This document shows positions 47,448-55,827 of a stretch of 64,000 nucleotides of DNA, one piece after another. This DNA is from an uncultured Eudoraea sp. Its GTDB lineage: Bacteria; Bacteroidota; Bacteroidia; Flavobacteriales; Flavobacteriaceae. Both the position numbers and the translations under genes were made by a program. Within the stretch, counting starts at the first letter, position 1, and each line of letters begins with the position of its first letter. The stretch is taken from NCBI GenBank assembly GCA_947258405.1, contig CAMYIE010000003.1, positions 58,653 through 122,652 on the forward strand. Reading direction: 5' to 3'. The notes under the pieces are model-generated. The model saw nothing but the letters and a program-made list of their open reading frames with translations, did no database searches and was not told where the DNA came from.

Positions 47448-48833
47448 CTAATAGTGACATTTTCCACACTCCAGTCCACCCATTTGTGCTGCTGTTAGCT
47501 TCTCTACGCCATATTTCTTTGAAAGTTTCTCGTGAATCTCCGCATAGTATTCATTATCCGCGATATTTACATTGGTCTCCCTGTGACAGTCTATACACCA
47601 TCCCATCGTAAGCGGAGCATATTGATACATGATCTCCATTTCCTCAACAGGACCATGACAGGTCTGACATTCAATCCCTGCTACGGTAACATGCTGGGAG
47701 TGATTAAAATAGGCGAGGTCTGGCAGGTTGTGTATACGTACCCATTCAACGGGTTGTGTTTCACCCGTATATTGTTGATTTTCCTCATCCCATCCTACGG
47801 CCTTGTATAATTTTTTGATCTCAGTGGTGTAAAACTCATTCGTATACCCATTAGCAAGATCTTCTGCACTGGGCCCCTCGGGATTGCCGGAGTATTCATA
47901 AATAGATTTATGACAATTCATGCACACATTGAGCGAAGGAATGCCGGAGTGTTTTGATACGCGGGCTGAAGAATGACAGTATTTACACTCTATTTTGTTA
48001 TCCCCTGCATGGATTTTGTGAGAGTAATGAATAGGTTGAATAGGAGCATATCCCTGATCTACACCGATCTGCATAAACCATCCGTAGGCAAAATAAGCTG
48101 CAGACAATAGTAAAAAGATTGAAAAAACCAAAACCAGAAACTGATTCTGGGCAAATGCTTTCCAAATAGGGGTTCCCTTTGCTGCCTTTTCTTTTTCAAT
48201 CAAAACACCATTGGCTTGTGCAATCCTTCTCAGGGTCTGATTGACCAGGAAAAGCATCATTACCAAAAGGCCGAATATTAGAACAAGGGCGCCAAGGACA
48301 ATTTCATTAGAAATACCAGGTTCTGCTGTGGCCACATCGGCAGCAGCACCAGTAGCAGCAGCCACAGGGGTAGGCGGAGGTGCTGCGGTATACGCCAAAA
48401 TATCATCTATATCCTGGTTAGACAGCGTTGGAAAGGCCGTCATCTGGGCCTGATTGTATTCGTTGTAAATCTTTACGGCATAGGCATCACCAGAACTTAT
48501 CATCCCGGCAGGATTCTTAATCCATGCATAAAGCCACTCTTTGTCTAATCCTTCCTCTTCAGCAAGTCTTGTCTCCACATTAGCCAATGCAGGACCCGTC
48601 ATTTTACGGTTCAGTGCATGGCAAGCCGCGCAATTCTGATTGAACAACTGCTTGCCCTTTGCAGGATCTGCTCCTGCGGCAGTGTCATCGGCAACTGCTT
48701 CAGTAGCTTCTGCCTCCTGTGCAGGGGCTTCGTCTTGTGAATAAAGTGAGGTGGAAAAGAGTAGAAAAGCTACAATACAAAGACCAAAAAAATTAGAAAT
48801 GTAATTGCGGTACGGAACCTTTTTCATATTCAA
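47448..48833 (-). CDS. actA: Alternative complex III multiheme cytochrome c subunit ActA, with six CxxCH motifs
   Basis: The 461-aa product carries CAACH in an N-terminal class-I-like domain, then a TM, then CKYCH, CMNCH, CQTCH, CIDCH and CGKCH. Confidence 0.88.
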   Translation of the reverse strand: MNMKKVPYRNYISNFFGLCIVAFLLFSTSLYSQDEAPAQEAEATEAVADDTAAGADPAKGKQLFNQNCAACHALNRKMTGPALANVETRLAEEEGLDKEWLYAWIKNPAGMISSGDAYAVKIYNEYNQAQMTAFPTLSNQDIDDILAYTAAPPPTPVAAATGAAADVATAEPGISNEIVLGALVLIFGLLVMMLFLVNQTLRRIAQANGVLIEKEKAAKGTPIWKAFAQNQFLVLVFSIFLLLSAAYFAYGWFMQIGVDQGYAPIQPIHYSHKIHAGDNKIECKYCHSSARVSKHSGIPSLNVCMNCHKSIYEYSGNPEGPSAEDLANGYTNEFYTTEIKKLYKAVGWDEENQQYTGETQPVEWVRIHNLPDLAYFNHSQHVTVAGIECQTCHGPVEEMEIMYQYAPLTMGWCIDCHRETNVNIADNEYYAEIHEKLSKKYGVEKLTAAQMGGLECGKCHY

Positions 48834-49022
48834 AATATTTCCATCTGAATTTTGGCACGATAATTACAGGTATAATGGGACAATGGGGGTAATTTATCGA
48901 CGCTCAAATTGTCGTCAAAAATAAGGAATAGACTTTATTCTGAAAATGTTAACGTCTTGATAATTTATAATTTATAACTATTCTAAATAAGTCTTTTTTA
49001 TATTGTTTAATCTTTAAAAATT

Positions 49023-49030
49023 TACTTTTG
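49023..49030 (+). promoter_or_regulatory. Candidate Bacteroidota sigma-A -7 box (TAnnTTTG) for the SPOR gene
   Basis: TACTTTTG lies 34 nt upstream of the ATG at 49064. Only a weak, mis-spaced TTG sits upstream at 49003, so support is limited. Confidence 0.3.
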
Positions 49031-49063
49031 TAAAACACAGGAATTAAGGAAGTAAAAAAACGC

Positions 49064-49438
49064 ATGAAAAAACTAGCAATAATAATAATTACGGTGGTTT
49101 TCACTGGTTTTAGCTATGGCCAGCAAGGGAAAGTGACCATTGAACAGGATCCCAAGATCAACAGATTGTTACAGGTTTATACCTCCGCTAATTCAAATAG
49201 GGATTTTTATACCATTCAAGTTGGTTTCGGGAGTTACAATGAAGCGGAAAAGCTCAAACAAGATGTGGAAATAGATTTCCCCCAGTGGAAGGCCAAAATA
49301 GTATTCGACTCACCAACCTACCGGGTACGAATTGGGCGCTTCAAGACAAAATTGGAAGCTGAGCGCCATTTCCAGGTCGTCCGGGAAAAATATCAACAGT
49401 CTTTGATCCTCAAATCTGAGAAGAAAGAAAAGAGTTAA
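49064..49438 (+). CDS. SPOR domain-containing (peptidoglycan-binding) protein
   Basis: The 124-aa product has a signal peptide. The sequence FYTIQVGFGSYNEAEKLK........KAKIVFDSPTYRVRIGRFKTKLEAE is a typical SPOR pattern. Confidence 0.75.
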   Translation: MKKLAIIIITVVFTGFSYGQQGKVTIEQDPKINRLLQVYTSANSNRDFYTIQVGFGSYNEAEKLKQDVEIDFPQWKAKIVFDSPTYRVRIGRFKTKLEAERHFQVVREKYQQSLILKSEKKEKS

Positions 49439-49453
49439 AAGATCTGAAATGCG

Positions 49454-52159
49454 TTAAAGCGTTTTACGGACAGCTACTTCCTGGTAGGCTTCTACGATAT
49501 CCCCGGTTTTAATATCATTGTAATTTTTAACTTGTAGACCGCAGTCATATCCTTTTGCCACCTCTTTAACATCATCCTTAAATCGTTTCAGTGAGGTTAG
49601 CACTCCATTAAAAATCACAACCCCATCACGGATAAGACGGATCTGTGAATTTCTGAAAATCTTACCGCTGGTTACCATACAACCAGCAATAGTCCCGATC
49701 TTCGATATCTTAAAGGTCTCCCGAATTTCTGCAGTACCCGAGATCTCTTCCTTGATTTCCGGTGATAACATACCTTCCATCGCATCCTTGAGATCGTTTA
49801 TGGCATCATAGATAATGGAGTACAACCTGATATCTATTTCTTCCTTGTCAGCTATATCGCGGGCGTTACCCATAGGTCTCACATTAAAACCGATAACAAT
49901 CGCGTCTGAAGCAGAAGCCAGAAGAACATCGGATTCCGTTATGGCCCCTACGGCTTTGTGAATAATATTTACCTGAATCTCTTCAGTGGATAGTTTTTGG
50001 AATGAATCGGTAAGTGCCTCTACCGAACCATCCACATCACCTTTAAGAATGATATTCAATTCCTTGAATTCTCCAAGCGCAATACGCCTGCCGATTTCGT
50101 CGAGTGTAATGTGCCGTTGTGTCCTAACCGACTGTTCGCGCATTAACTGGCTGCGCTTCGCGGCTATTTGCTTGGCCTCTTTTTCATCTTCCCGTACCCT
50201 GAACTTATCTCCAGCCTGAGGAGCTCCGTCGAGTCCAAGTATTGAAATTGGCGTGGAAGGGCCTGCCAGTTTAACATCTTTTCCACGTTCATCGTGCATG
50301 GCTTTAACTTTTCCGCTACAGGTACCCGCCAAAACATAGTCGCCTATTTTTAGCGTACCACCTTGTACCAATATGGTCGAAACATAGCCTCTGCCTTTAT
50401 CCAGAAAGGCTTCAACCACAGTTCCCACAGCCATTTTATCCGGGTTGGCTTGCAACTCCAGAAGTTCGGCCTCCAACAGGACTTTCTCAAGTAACTCCTT
50501 TATACCATCTCCGGTCTTGGCAGAGATATCGTGCGATTGGATCTTTCCACCCCAATCTTCTACCAACAGGTTCATCGCGGCAAGGCCTTCCTTGATCTTA
50601 TCAGGATTGGCCTCCGGTCTGTCGATTTTATTGATGGCAAAAACTAAAGGTACTCCCGCAGCCTGTGCATGGCTTATGGCTTCTTTGGTCTGGGGCATGA
50701 TATCGTCGTCTGCTGCAATTACAATGATTGCGATATCTGTTACCTGAGCTCCCCTTGCACGCATGGCTGTAAACGCTTCGTGGCCCGGTGTATCGAGAAA
50801 AGTAATTTTCTGACCATTGGACAAGGTTACACCGTACGCTCCGATATGCTGGGTAATCCCACCACTTTCACCGGCAATTACATTTTCCTGCCTTATATAA
50901 TCCAGCAAAGAAGTTTTACCATGGTCTACATGCCCCATAACCGTAACAATCGGCGCCCTGGATTTAAGATCCTCAGGAGCATCGTGATCCTCATCAACGG
51001 TTTCCTCCAGGGAGGCAGTTACAAATTCTACCTCGTACCCGAATTCTTCTGCGACAATGGTAAGGGTTTCGGCATCGAGCCTCTGGTTCATGGTCACCAT
51101 AATACCTAACGACATACATGCGGAGATGATATCTGTGGTAGGCACATTCATCATGGTTGCCACCTCTCCGGCAGTAACAAACTCGGTAACCTTAAGGATC
51201 TTGCTTTCAAGCTCCTGTTGTTCGAGGTCTTTCTCGGTTTGCTGTCGGTGAGTATCTCTTTTTTCTCTCCGGTACTTCGCTGCTTTGCCCTTTTTGGATT
51301 TCCCCTGAAGTTTTTCCAGGGTTTCCCGTACCTGCTTTTGTACTTCTTCCTCGGTAGGCTCTACTTTAGGAGTTGAACTAAAACGTGGTTTTTTTCCACC
51401 GGCCTTGCCACGCATGTTACCCGAAGGGCCTCCACTGACAATACGTTTCCTTCGTTTTTTGCGCTCGGTATCTTCACTTGCGCTAGGTGTTTCCTTTTTC
51501 TTCTTGGGCTTGTTAAACTTGGACAAGTCGATCTTGTCTCCCATGATCTTCGGCCCGGACAGCTTCTTATACTGGGTTGTTATTTTTTCTGCCGCCTCTG
51601 TCTTCTCTTCTTCCTTTTCTTTAAGCGGTTCAGGTTTTTTAGCTGCTGGTTTTTTCTCGACTTTTTTTGCTGCTTTAACCTTTTCGACCTTCTTTTCTGG
51701 TTCCTTAACCTCTTCCTTCTTAGTCTCTTCCTTCTTAGTCTCCTCTTTCTTAGTCTCTTCCTTCTTAGTTTCTTCCTTCTTAGTTTCTTCCTTAGGCTCA
51801 AGGTCTATCTTGCCCACCTTTTTGGGTCCTGTAAGTTCTACCTTGGCTTTAACAACTTCCCTGGCAGCCGTTCGTTTTTCACGTGCGAGGCGTTTCTCTT
51901 CCTGCTCCTTCTCCAACTGAATTCTGATAGCCTCTTTCTCCTTCCGTTTCTCTTCCCCGACTTCTTTTGATGCAACTTTCTTGCTCATATCGGTCTGGAA
52001 CTCGTCTAGTAAAACCTGATATACCTCATTAGATATTTTGGTGGTTGGTCTGGCGACCACTTCGTGTCCTTTAGACGCGAGAAATTCCACCGCTCTATCC
52101 AGTGAGATATTGAGTTCCCTCAAGACCTTATTTAACCTTATTGTTGCATTTTCTACCAT
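49454..52159 (-). CDS. infB: Translation initiation factor IF-2
   Basis: The 901-aa product has a Lys/Glu-rich N-terminal region and the G-domain motifs [17 protein letters not shown] and NKID. Confidence 0.97.
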   Translation of the reverse strand: MVENATIRLNKVLRELNISLDRAVEFLASKGHEVVARPTTKISNEVYQVLLDEFQTDMSKKVASKEVGEEKRKEKEAIRIQLEKEQEEKRLAREKRTAAREVVKAKVELTGPKKVGKIDLEPKEETKKEETKKEETKKEETKKEETKKEEVKEPEKKVEKVKAAKKVEKKPAAKKPEPLKEKEEEKTEAAEKITTQYKKLSGPKIMGDKIDLSKFNKPKKKKETPSASEDTERKKRRKRIVSGGPSGNMRGKAGGKKPRFSSTPKVEPTEEEVQKQVRETLEKLQGKSKKGKAAKYRREKRDTHRQQTEKDLEQQELESKILKVTEFVTAGEVATMMNVPTTDIISACMSLGIMVTMNQRLDAETLTIVAEEFGYEVEFVTASLEETVDEDHDAPEDLKSRAPIVTVMGHVDHGKTSLLDYIRQENVIAGESGGITQHIGAYGVTLSNGQKITFLDTPGHEAFTAMRARGAQVTDIAIIVIAADDDIMPQTKEAISHAQAAGVPLVFAINKIDRPEANPDKIKEGLAAMNLLVEDWGGKIQSHDISAKTGDGIKELLEKVLLEAELLELQANPDKMAVGTVVEAFLDKGRGYVSTILVQGGTLKIGDYVLAGTCSGKVKAMHDERGKDVKLAGPSTPISILGLDGAPQAGDKFRVREDEKEAKQIAAKRSQLMREQSVRTQRHITLDEIGRRIALGEFKELNIILKGDVDGSVEALTDSFQKLSTEEIQVNIIHKAVGAITESDVLLASASDAIVIGFNVRPMGNARDIADKEEIDIRLYSIIYDAINDLKDAMEGMLSPEIKEEISGTAEIRETFKISKIGTIAGCMVTSGKIFRNSQIRLIRDGVVIFNGVLTSLKRFKDDVKEVAKGYDCGLQVKNYNDIKTGDIVEAYQEVAVRKTL
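51707..51795. repeat. About 6 tandem copies of a 15-bp unit inside infB, encoding (KKEET)n
   Basis: The units are tagtctcttccttct / tagtctcctctttct / tagtctcttccttct / tagtttcttccttct and so on. The protein reads [29 protein letters not shown]. Confidence 0.9.
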
Positions 52160-52201
52160 AAAAACAGGTTCCCTCTAAAAATTTAATTGCTAATATATAG
52201 C

Positions 52202-53434
52202 TTAATCTTCAAATTCCTCTTTGAGGATTCTTATAACATCTAAAATCGTTTCTTCTTCCAAATCGGTACGTTTTACCAGGTCGGCTACATCTTGTTCGAG
52301 CACACTCCTGGCGGTATCCAAACCGATCTTTTTAAATTCTTCAATGATCCAGCTTTCAATTTCATCTGAGAATTCTGTGAGCTCCACATCCTCCTCAATT
52401 CCTTCTCTGAATACATCGATCTCATAGCCGGTAAGCTGACCCGCCAGACGGATATTGTGCCCTCCCCTTCCAATGGCCTTTGATACCTCTTCCGGTTTAA
52501 GAATAACCTGGGCCGTCTTTTTCTCATCATTGAGCTTTACCGACGTGACCCGCGCCGGACTAAGGGCTCGAGTGACCATAAGTTGGGAGTTGTTCGTCCA
52601 ATTGATCACATCGATATTCTCGTTGCCCAACTCCCGAACGATACCATGTATTCGAGATCCTTTCATACCTACGCAGGCCCCAACCGGGTCTATCCTGTCG
52701 TCATATGAATCAACTGCCACCTTGGCCTTTTCTCCAGGAATACGGACAGCTTTTTTGATGCTGATTAACCCATCAAATACTTCGGGGATCTCTTGAAAAA
52801 AGAGCTGTTCCAGGAATACCGGCGAAGTACGAGACATAATGATCATCGGCTTATTCCCTTTCAATTCAACGCTTTCGATAATACCCCTAACGTTATCCCC
52901 TTTTCTGAAAAAATCGGATGGGATCTGCTTATCCTTGGGCATTATGATCTCGTTCCCCTCATCATCCAGCAAAATGATTGCCTTATGGCGGATATGGTGA
53001 ACCTCAGCTGTGTAGATCTCACCTTCAAGGTCTTTGAATTGTTTGTAAATTGTGGTATTGTCGTGTTCATGGATCTTAGAGATCAGGTTCTGGCGTAAAG
53101 CCAGGATCGCACGCCTTCCCAGATGGGCCAGTTTCACTTCCTCGGAAACATCCTCACCTACTTCAAAGTCGGGTTCAATCTTTCTGGCTTCGGTAAGCGA
53201 TATCTCCTCCAGTGGCTCTTCCACTTCTCCATCCTCTACAACCACACGATTTCTCCAAATCTCAAGGTCCCCTTTATCTGGGTTGATAATAATGTCGAAG
53301 TTATCATCGGAACCAAACTTTTTCTTAAGAGCATTCCTGAATACATCTTCTAGGATTGCCATAAGGGTTACCCGATCGATAAATTTGTCATCTTTAAATT
53401 CCGAAAAAGACTCGATCAGCGCAATATTTTCCAT
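52202..53434 (-). CDS. nusA: Transcription termination/antitermination factor NusA
   Basis: The 410-aa product has the S1 and KH domain pattern (PVGACVGMKGSRIH, AIGRGGHNIRLA). Confidence 0.95.
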   Translation of the reverse strand: MENIALIESFSEFKDDKFIDRVTLMAILEDVFRNALKKKFGSDDNFDIIINPDKGDLEIWRNRVVVEDGEVEEPLEEISLTEARKIEPDFEVGEDVSEEVKLAHLGRRAILALRQNLISKIHEHDNTTIYKQFKDLEGEIYTAEVHHIRHKAIILLDDEGNEIIMPKDKQIPSDFFRKGDNVRGIIESVELKGNKPMIIMSRTSPVFLEQLFFQEIPEVFDGLISIKKAVRIPGEKAKVAVDSYDDRIDPVGACVGMKGSRIHGIVRELGNENIDVINWTNNSQLMVTRALSPARVTSVKLNDEKKTAQVILKPEEVSKAIGRGGHNIRLAGQLTGYEIDVFREGIEEDVELTEFSDEIESWIIEEFKKIGLDTARSVLEQDVADLVKRTDLEEETILDVIRILKEEFED

Positions 53435-53447
53435 TTTTGATCTTAGG

Positions 53448-53909
53448 TTAGAATTTTATTACAACTTTTGCTTCCTCTATCTCTTCGATAGGGATATCCT
53501 TCTTATTTTTCACCGTAACTTTTCCTTTTCCAACAGGTTTTGGTTCCCGGCTTTTCCATTCCAGGGTAATCATATTGGCATCTGCTGCCGTAAGATTACC
53601 TTCAAAGTGTTGCTGCAGCGTTTTGATGCTTAGTTTCCGCCCTAGATTCTTTTTGTACTGTCGCGGCACAATTAAAGGGGATGTGGCACCTGCCGAGGTA
53701 ACTTCAAGCGAGAAATCTAATTCATCACGGTCTAGCTGGCCTTCCACAGCTCTGCTCACATCGATACAATCCTTAAGATTAACACCATTATCGCCATCCA
53801 GAACTATCTTTATAATATGGCCGGCTCCTACCTCGCAACTGATCAAAAAAAGCGACTTCCGGTCCCCTAAAACCTCATCCAAAATCCCTTCAATTTTCTC
53901 TTGCAGCAT
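53448..53909 (-). CDS. rimP: Ribosome maturation factor RimP
   Basis: The 153-aa product lies first in the conserved rimP-nusA-infB order and has a RimP-like pattern (...LEVSSAG-like LEVTSAG...PL....Y..N.GR). Confidence 0.85.
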   Translation of the reverse strand: MLQEKIEGILDEVLGDRKSLFLISCEVGAGHIIKIVLDGDNGVNLKDCIDVSRAVEGQLDRDELDFSLEVTSAGATSPLIVPRQYKKNLGRKLSIKTLQQHFEGNLTAADANMITLEWKSREPKPVGKGKVTVKNKKDIPIEEIEEAKVVIKF

Positions 53910-53922
53910 ACATTTTAGTAAT

Positions 53923-53947
53923 AAAAGAGGGGACGTTAAGTCCCCTC
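53923..53947 (-). promoter_or_regulatory. Terminator-like hairpin in the rimP-nusA-infB leader (candidate attenuator)
   Basis: The minus strand reads gagggga-cttaacg-tcccctc followed by ttttatt, ending about 13 nt before the rimP ATG (53909). Confidence 0.45.
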
Positions 53948-54092
53948 ATGAATACATTACTATTCTTTCAGTGGCGCAAATATAAGACATTTTTCATAAA
54001 GTCGACATAAGAACTCCGGCTGTTATTCGTTTGATGAATAAATACTATTTTTAATGAACGCTTGCTGTTGGCAGGCATCCTAAACCACCTTC

Positions 54093-55457
54093 ATGGATAT
54101 ATTTTCCTCTTATAACATCATCATAGAGATCTCCGTCATTCTCATACTTTCATTTCTCTTTAACGGGATATCAAAGAGGACTAATATTCCCTCTGTACTG
54201 CTACTTATAGTTCTTGGGATCATTTTACAATATGTCCTTAAATCTGTTACCTCCGAAGAAGTTGATTTTTTTGCCACACTGGAAATACTGGGCATTATCG
54301 GACTGATCATGATCGTGCTGGAAGCTGCACTGGAACTTAAATTGCAAAAAGACAAGCTATGGCCTATCCTGAAATCTATGGCTATTGCCCTGGGAGGTCT
54401 GCTATTATCGGCCTGGATCGCAGCCTTGGTTCTCTACCAGTTTATCCCGGGTATGACCATGCTAACGGCATGGTTGTACGCTACCCCCCTGTCTATTTTA
54501 TCGAGCGCCATCATTATTCCCAGTGTAAGCGGTTTAATGGAGAACAAAAAAGAGTTCCATATTTATGAGAGCACTTTTTCCGATATAATGGGCATTATTT
54601 TGTTCTACTTTCTGATAGGACGCCTGGAGCCCGAAGAAGGCTCAGTAGCTGTTGAGTTTGGTGGAAACATTCTGCTTACAATCGTAATTGCCTTTATGGC
54701 CAGTTATGCAATCATTTTGATCTTCCAGGAAATCCGGAGTCAGGCAAAGCAATTCCTGCTTATTTCTGTGCTACTACTCCTCTACGCCATAGGAAAGAAA
54801 TTTCACCTCTCCTCCCTGATCATCATACTCGTTTTCGGTTTGGTAATCGCGAACATGAAATTGTTCTTCGGAGGAAAACTGCGTCATTTCCTAAGGGAAG
54901 ACAGGGCCCAGCAGATCTATCACGAATTACATATCATCACACTAGAAACGGCATTTGTAGTTCGCACCTTTTTCTTCGTATTCTTCGGTATGACCATTGT
55001 ACTGTCTTCGCTTCTGAGCGTTAAAGTAACCCTGGTTAGTCTGCTTATCTTATTTAGTATTTATGTGATACGGTATGGACTACTCAGACTGTTTATTGGC
55101 AAAGATATTTTTCCACAACTCTTTGTTGCTCCCAGAGGGCTTATCACCGTTTTATTATTCTATGCTATTCCTTCAGAGGCTCAGGTGGCTGGGTTTGAAT
55201 CGGGAATCCTTTTATTTGTAATTATAGGCACCAGCCTGATCATGACCTGGGCGATGATCAAGGACAAGCGAAAAATGACTTCTTTGATCGACCAGATCGA
55301 TGAGGAAAGAAAGGCGCGCGAAGAGGCCTATAAACTGGATGATGATGATGCCAGCGCTCTGGATGTACTGCCCAGACCCGATACGACAGCAGGGTCAGAT
55401 AGAGATCAGGGATCTCAGGAAGGTGGTATTCCAGGATCTGATGATCATTATCATTAA
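54093..55457 (+). CDS. Cation:proton antiporter (CPA family Na+/H+ exchanger-like)
   Basis: The 454-aa product has about 11-12 TM segments and an acidic, hydrophilic C-terminal tail. The family call rests on overall pattern only. Confidence 0.6.
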   Translation: MDIFSSYNIIIEISVILILSFLFNGISKRTNIPSVLLLIVLGIILQYVLKSVTSEEVDFFATLEILGIIGLIMIVLEAALELKLQKDKLWPILKSMAIALGGLLLSAWIAALVLYQFIPGMTMLTAWLYATPLSILSSAIIIPSVSGLMENKKEFHIYESTFSDIMGIILFYFLIGRLEPEEGSVAVEFGGNILLTIVIAFMASYAIILIFQEIRSQAKQFLLISVLLLLYAIGKKFHLSSLIIILVFGLVIANMKLFFGGKLRHFLREDRAQQIYHELHIITLETAFVVRTFFFVFFGMTIVLSSLLSVKVTLVSLLILFSIYVIRYGLLRLFIGKDIFPQLFVAPRGLITVLLFYAIPSEAQVAGFESGILLFVIIGTSLIMTWAMIKDKRKMTSLIDQIDEERKAREEAYKLDDDDASALDVLPRPDTTAGSDRDQGSQEGGIPGSDDHYH

Positions 55458-55536
55458 GAAAAATATCTGTTGATTCCAGTAATATCTTTCCGACTGGCTT
55501 GTCTGAAACTGTATTGCACTAATCGAAGTAATAAAT

Positions 55537-55575
55537 GAAAAAATCCCGATACCTTAACGGATCGGGATTTGGTTT
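55537..55575. terminator. Bidirectional rho-independent terminator between the antiporter gene (+) and tRNA-Gln (-)
   Basis: In aaaaaaatcccgat-accttaacgg-atcgggatttggttt, the 9-bp stem arms are aatcccgat (55542-55550) and atcgggatt (55561-55569). The stem is flanked by an A-run and a T-rich run. Confidence 0.7.
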
Positions 55576-55584
55576 GCGCTCTTG

Positions 55585-55656
55585 TTGGCCTACTAGGACT
55601 CGAACCTAGAACGACTGGACCAAAACCAGCTGTGTTGCCAATTACACCATAGGCCA
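55585..55656 (-). tRNA. tRNA-Gln (anticodon UUG). CCA is not encoded.
   Basis: I folded the sequence by hand. The parts are acceptor TGGCCTA/TAGGCCA, D-arm GTGT-AATTGGCA-ACAC, anticodon arm GCTGG-TTTTGGT-CCAGT, variable loop CGTT, T-arm CTAGG-TTCGAGT-CCTAG and discriminator A, 72 nt in total. Confidence 0.9.
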
Positions 55657-55674
55657 GTTACGCTAAAGAGCGTG

Positions 55675-55704
55675 CAAATTTATAACAAACTTCCTTAAGC
55701 ACAA
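55675..55704 (-). promoter_or_regulatory. Candidate Bacteroidota-type promoter (TTTG-N19-TAAATTTG) for tRNA-Gln
   Basis: The minus strand reads tttaTTTGtgcttaaggaagtttgttaTAAATTTG. The -7 box ends 18 nt before the mature tRNA 5' end. Confidence 0.45.
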
Positions 55705-55827
55705 ATAAAATTGACCACATTCCGTTAAAAATTAGAGCGCCAGGATGCTGTTAAAGGTTTGACAAAAATGTGCATCCATATCTATATTAATTAGTAAATT
55801 CGCCCCGACCGGCAAACACTGAGGTAC

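Noticed and set aside
37162-48833. The act-cox cluster could be a novel respiratory system.
   Set aside because: The gene order actABCDEF followed by oxidase subunits II and I matches the known Bacteroidota alternative complex III / cytochrome oxidase arrangement. Only individual domain peculiarities were kept as findings.
48961-48980. A short direct repeat (aatttata atttata) lies in the actA/SPOR intergenic region.
   Set aside because: It is very short and sits in AT-rich promoter DNA, so it is expected by chance.
51405-51920. A 171-aa plus-strand ORF lies antisense to infB and contains an SSFLV repeat.
   Set aside because: It is the mirror image of the KKEET tandem repeat in IF-2, and is therefore an antisense shadow ORF.
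53052-53633. A 193-aa plus-strand ORF spans the nusA/rimP junction in antisense.
   Set aside because: It overlaps two well-supported genes on the opposite strand. Its composition is Ser-rich and low in complexity, and it has no motif.
55585-55656. tRNA-Gln could be an integration hotspot for an adjacent island.
   Set aside because: The neighbours are a housekeeping antiporter gene and a DUF2723 gene. I found no partial tRNA duplicate and no integrase nearby.
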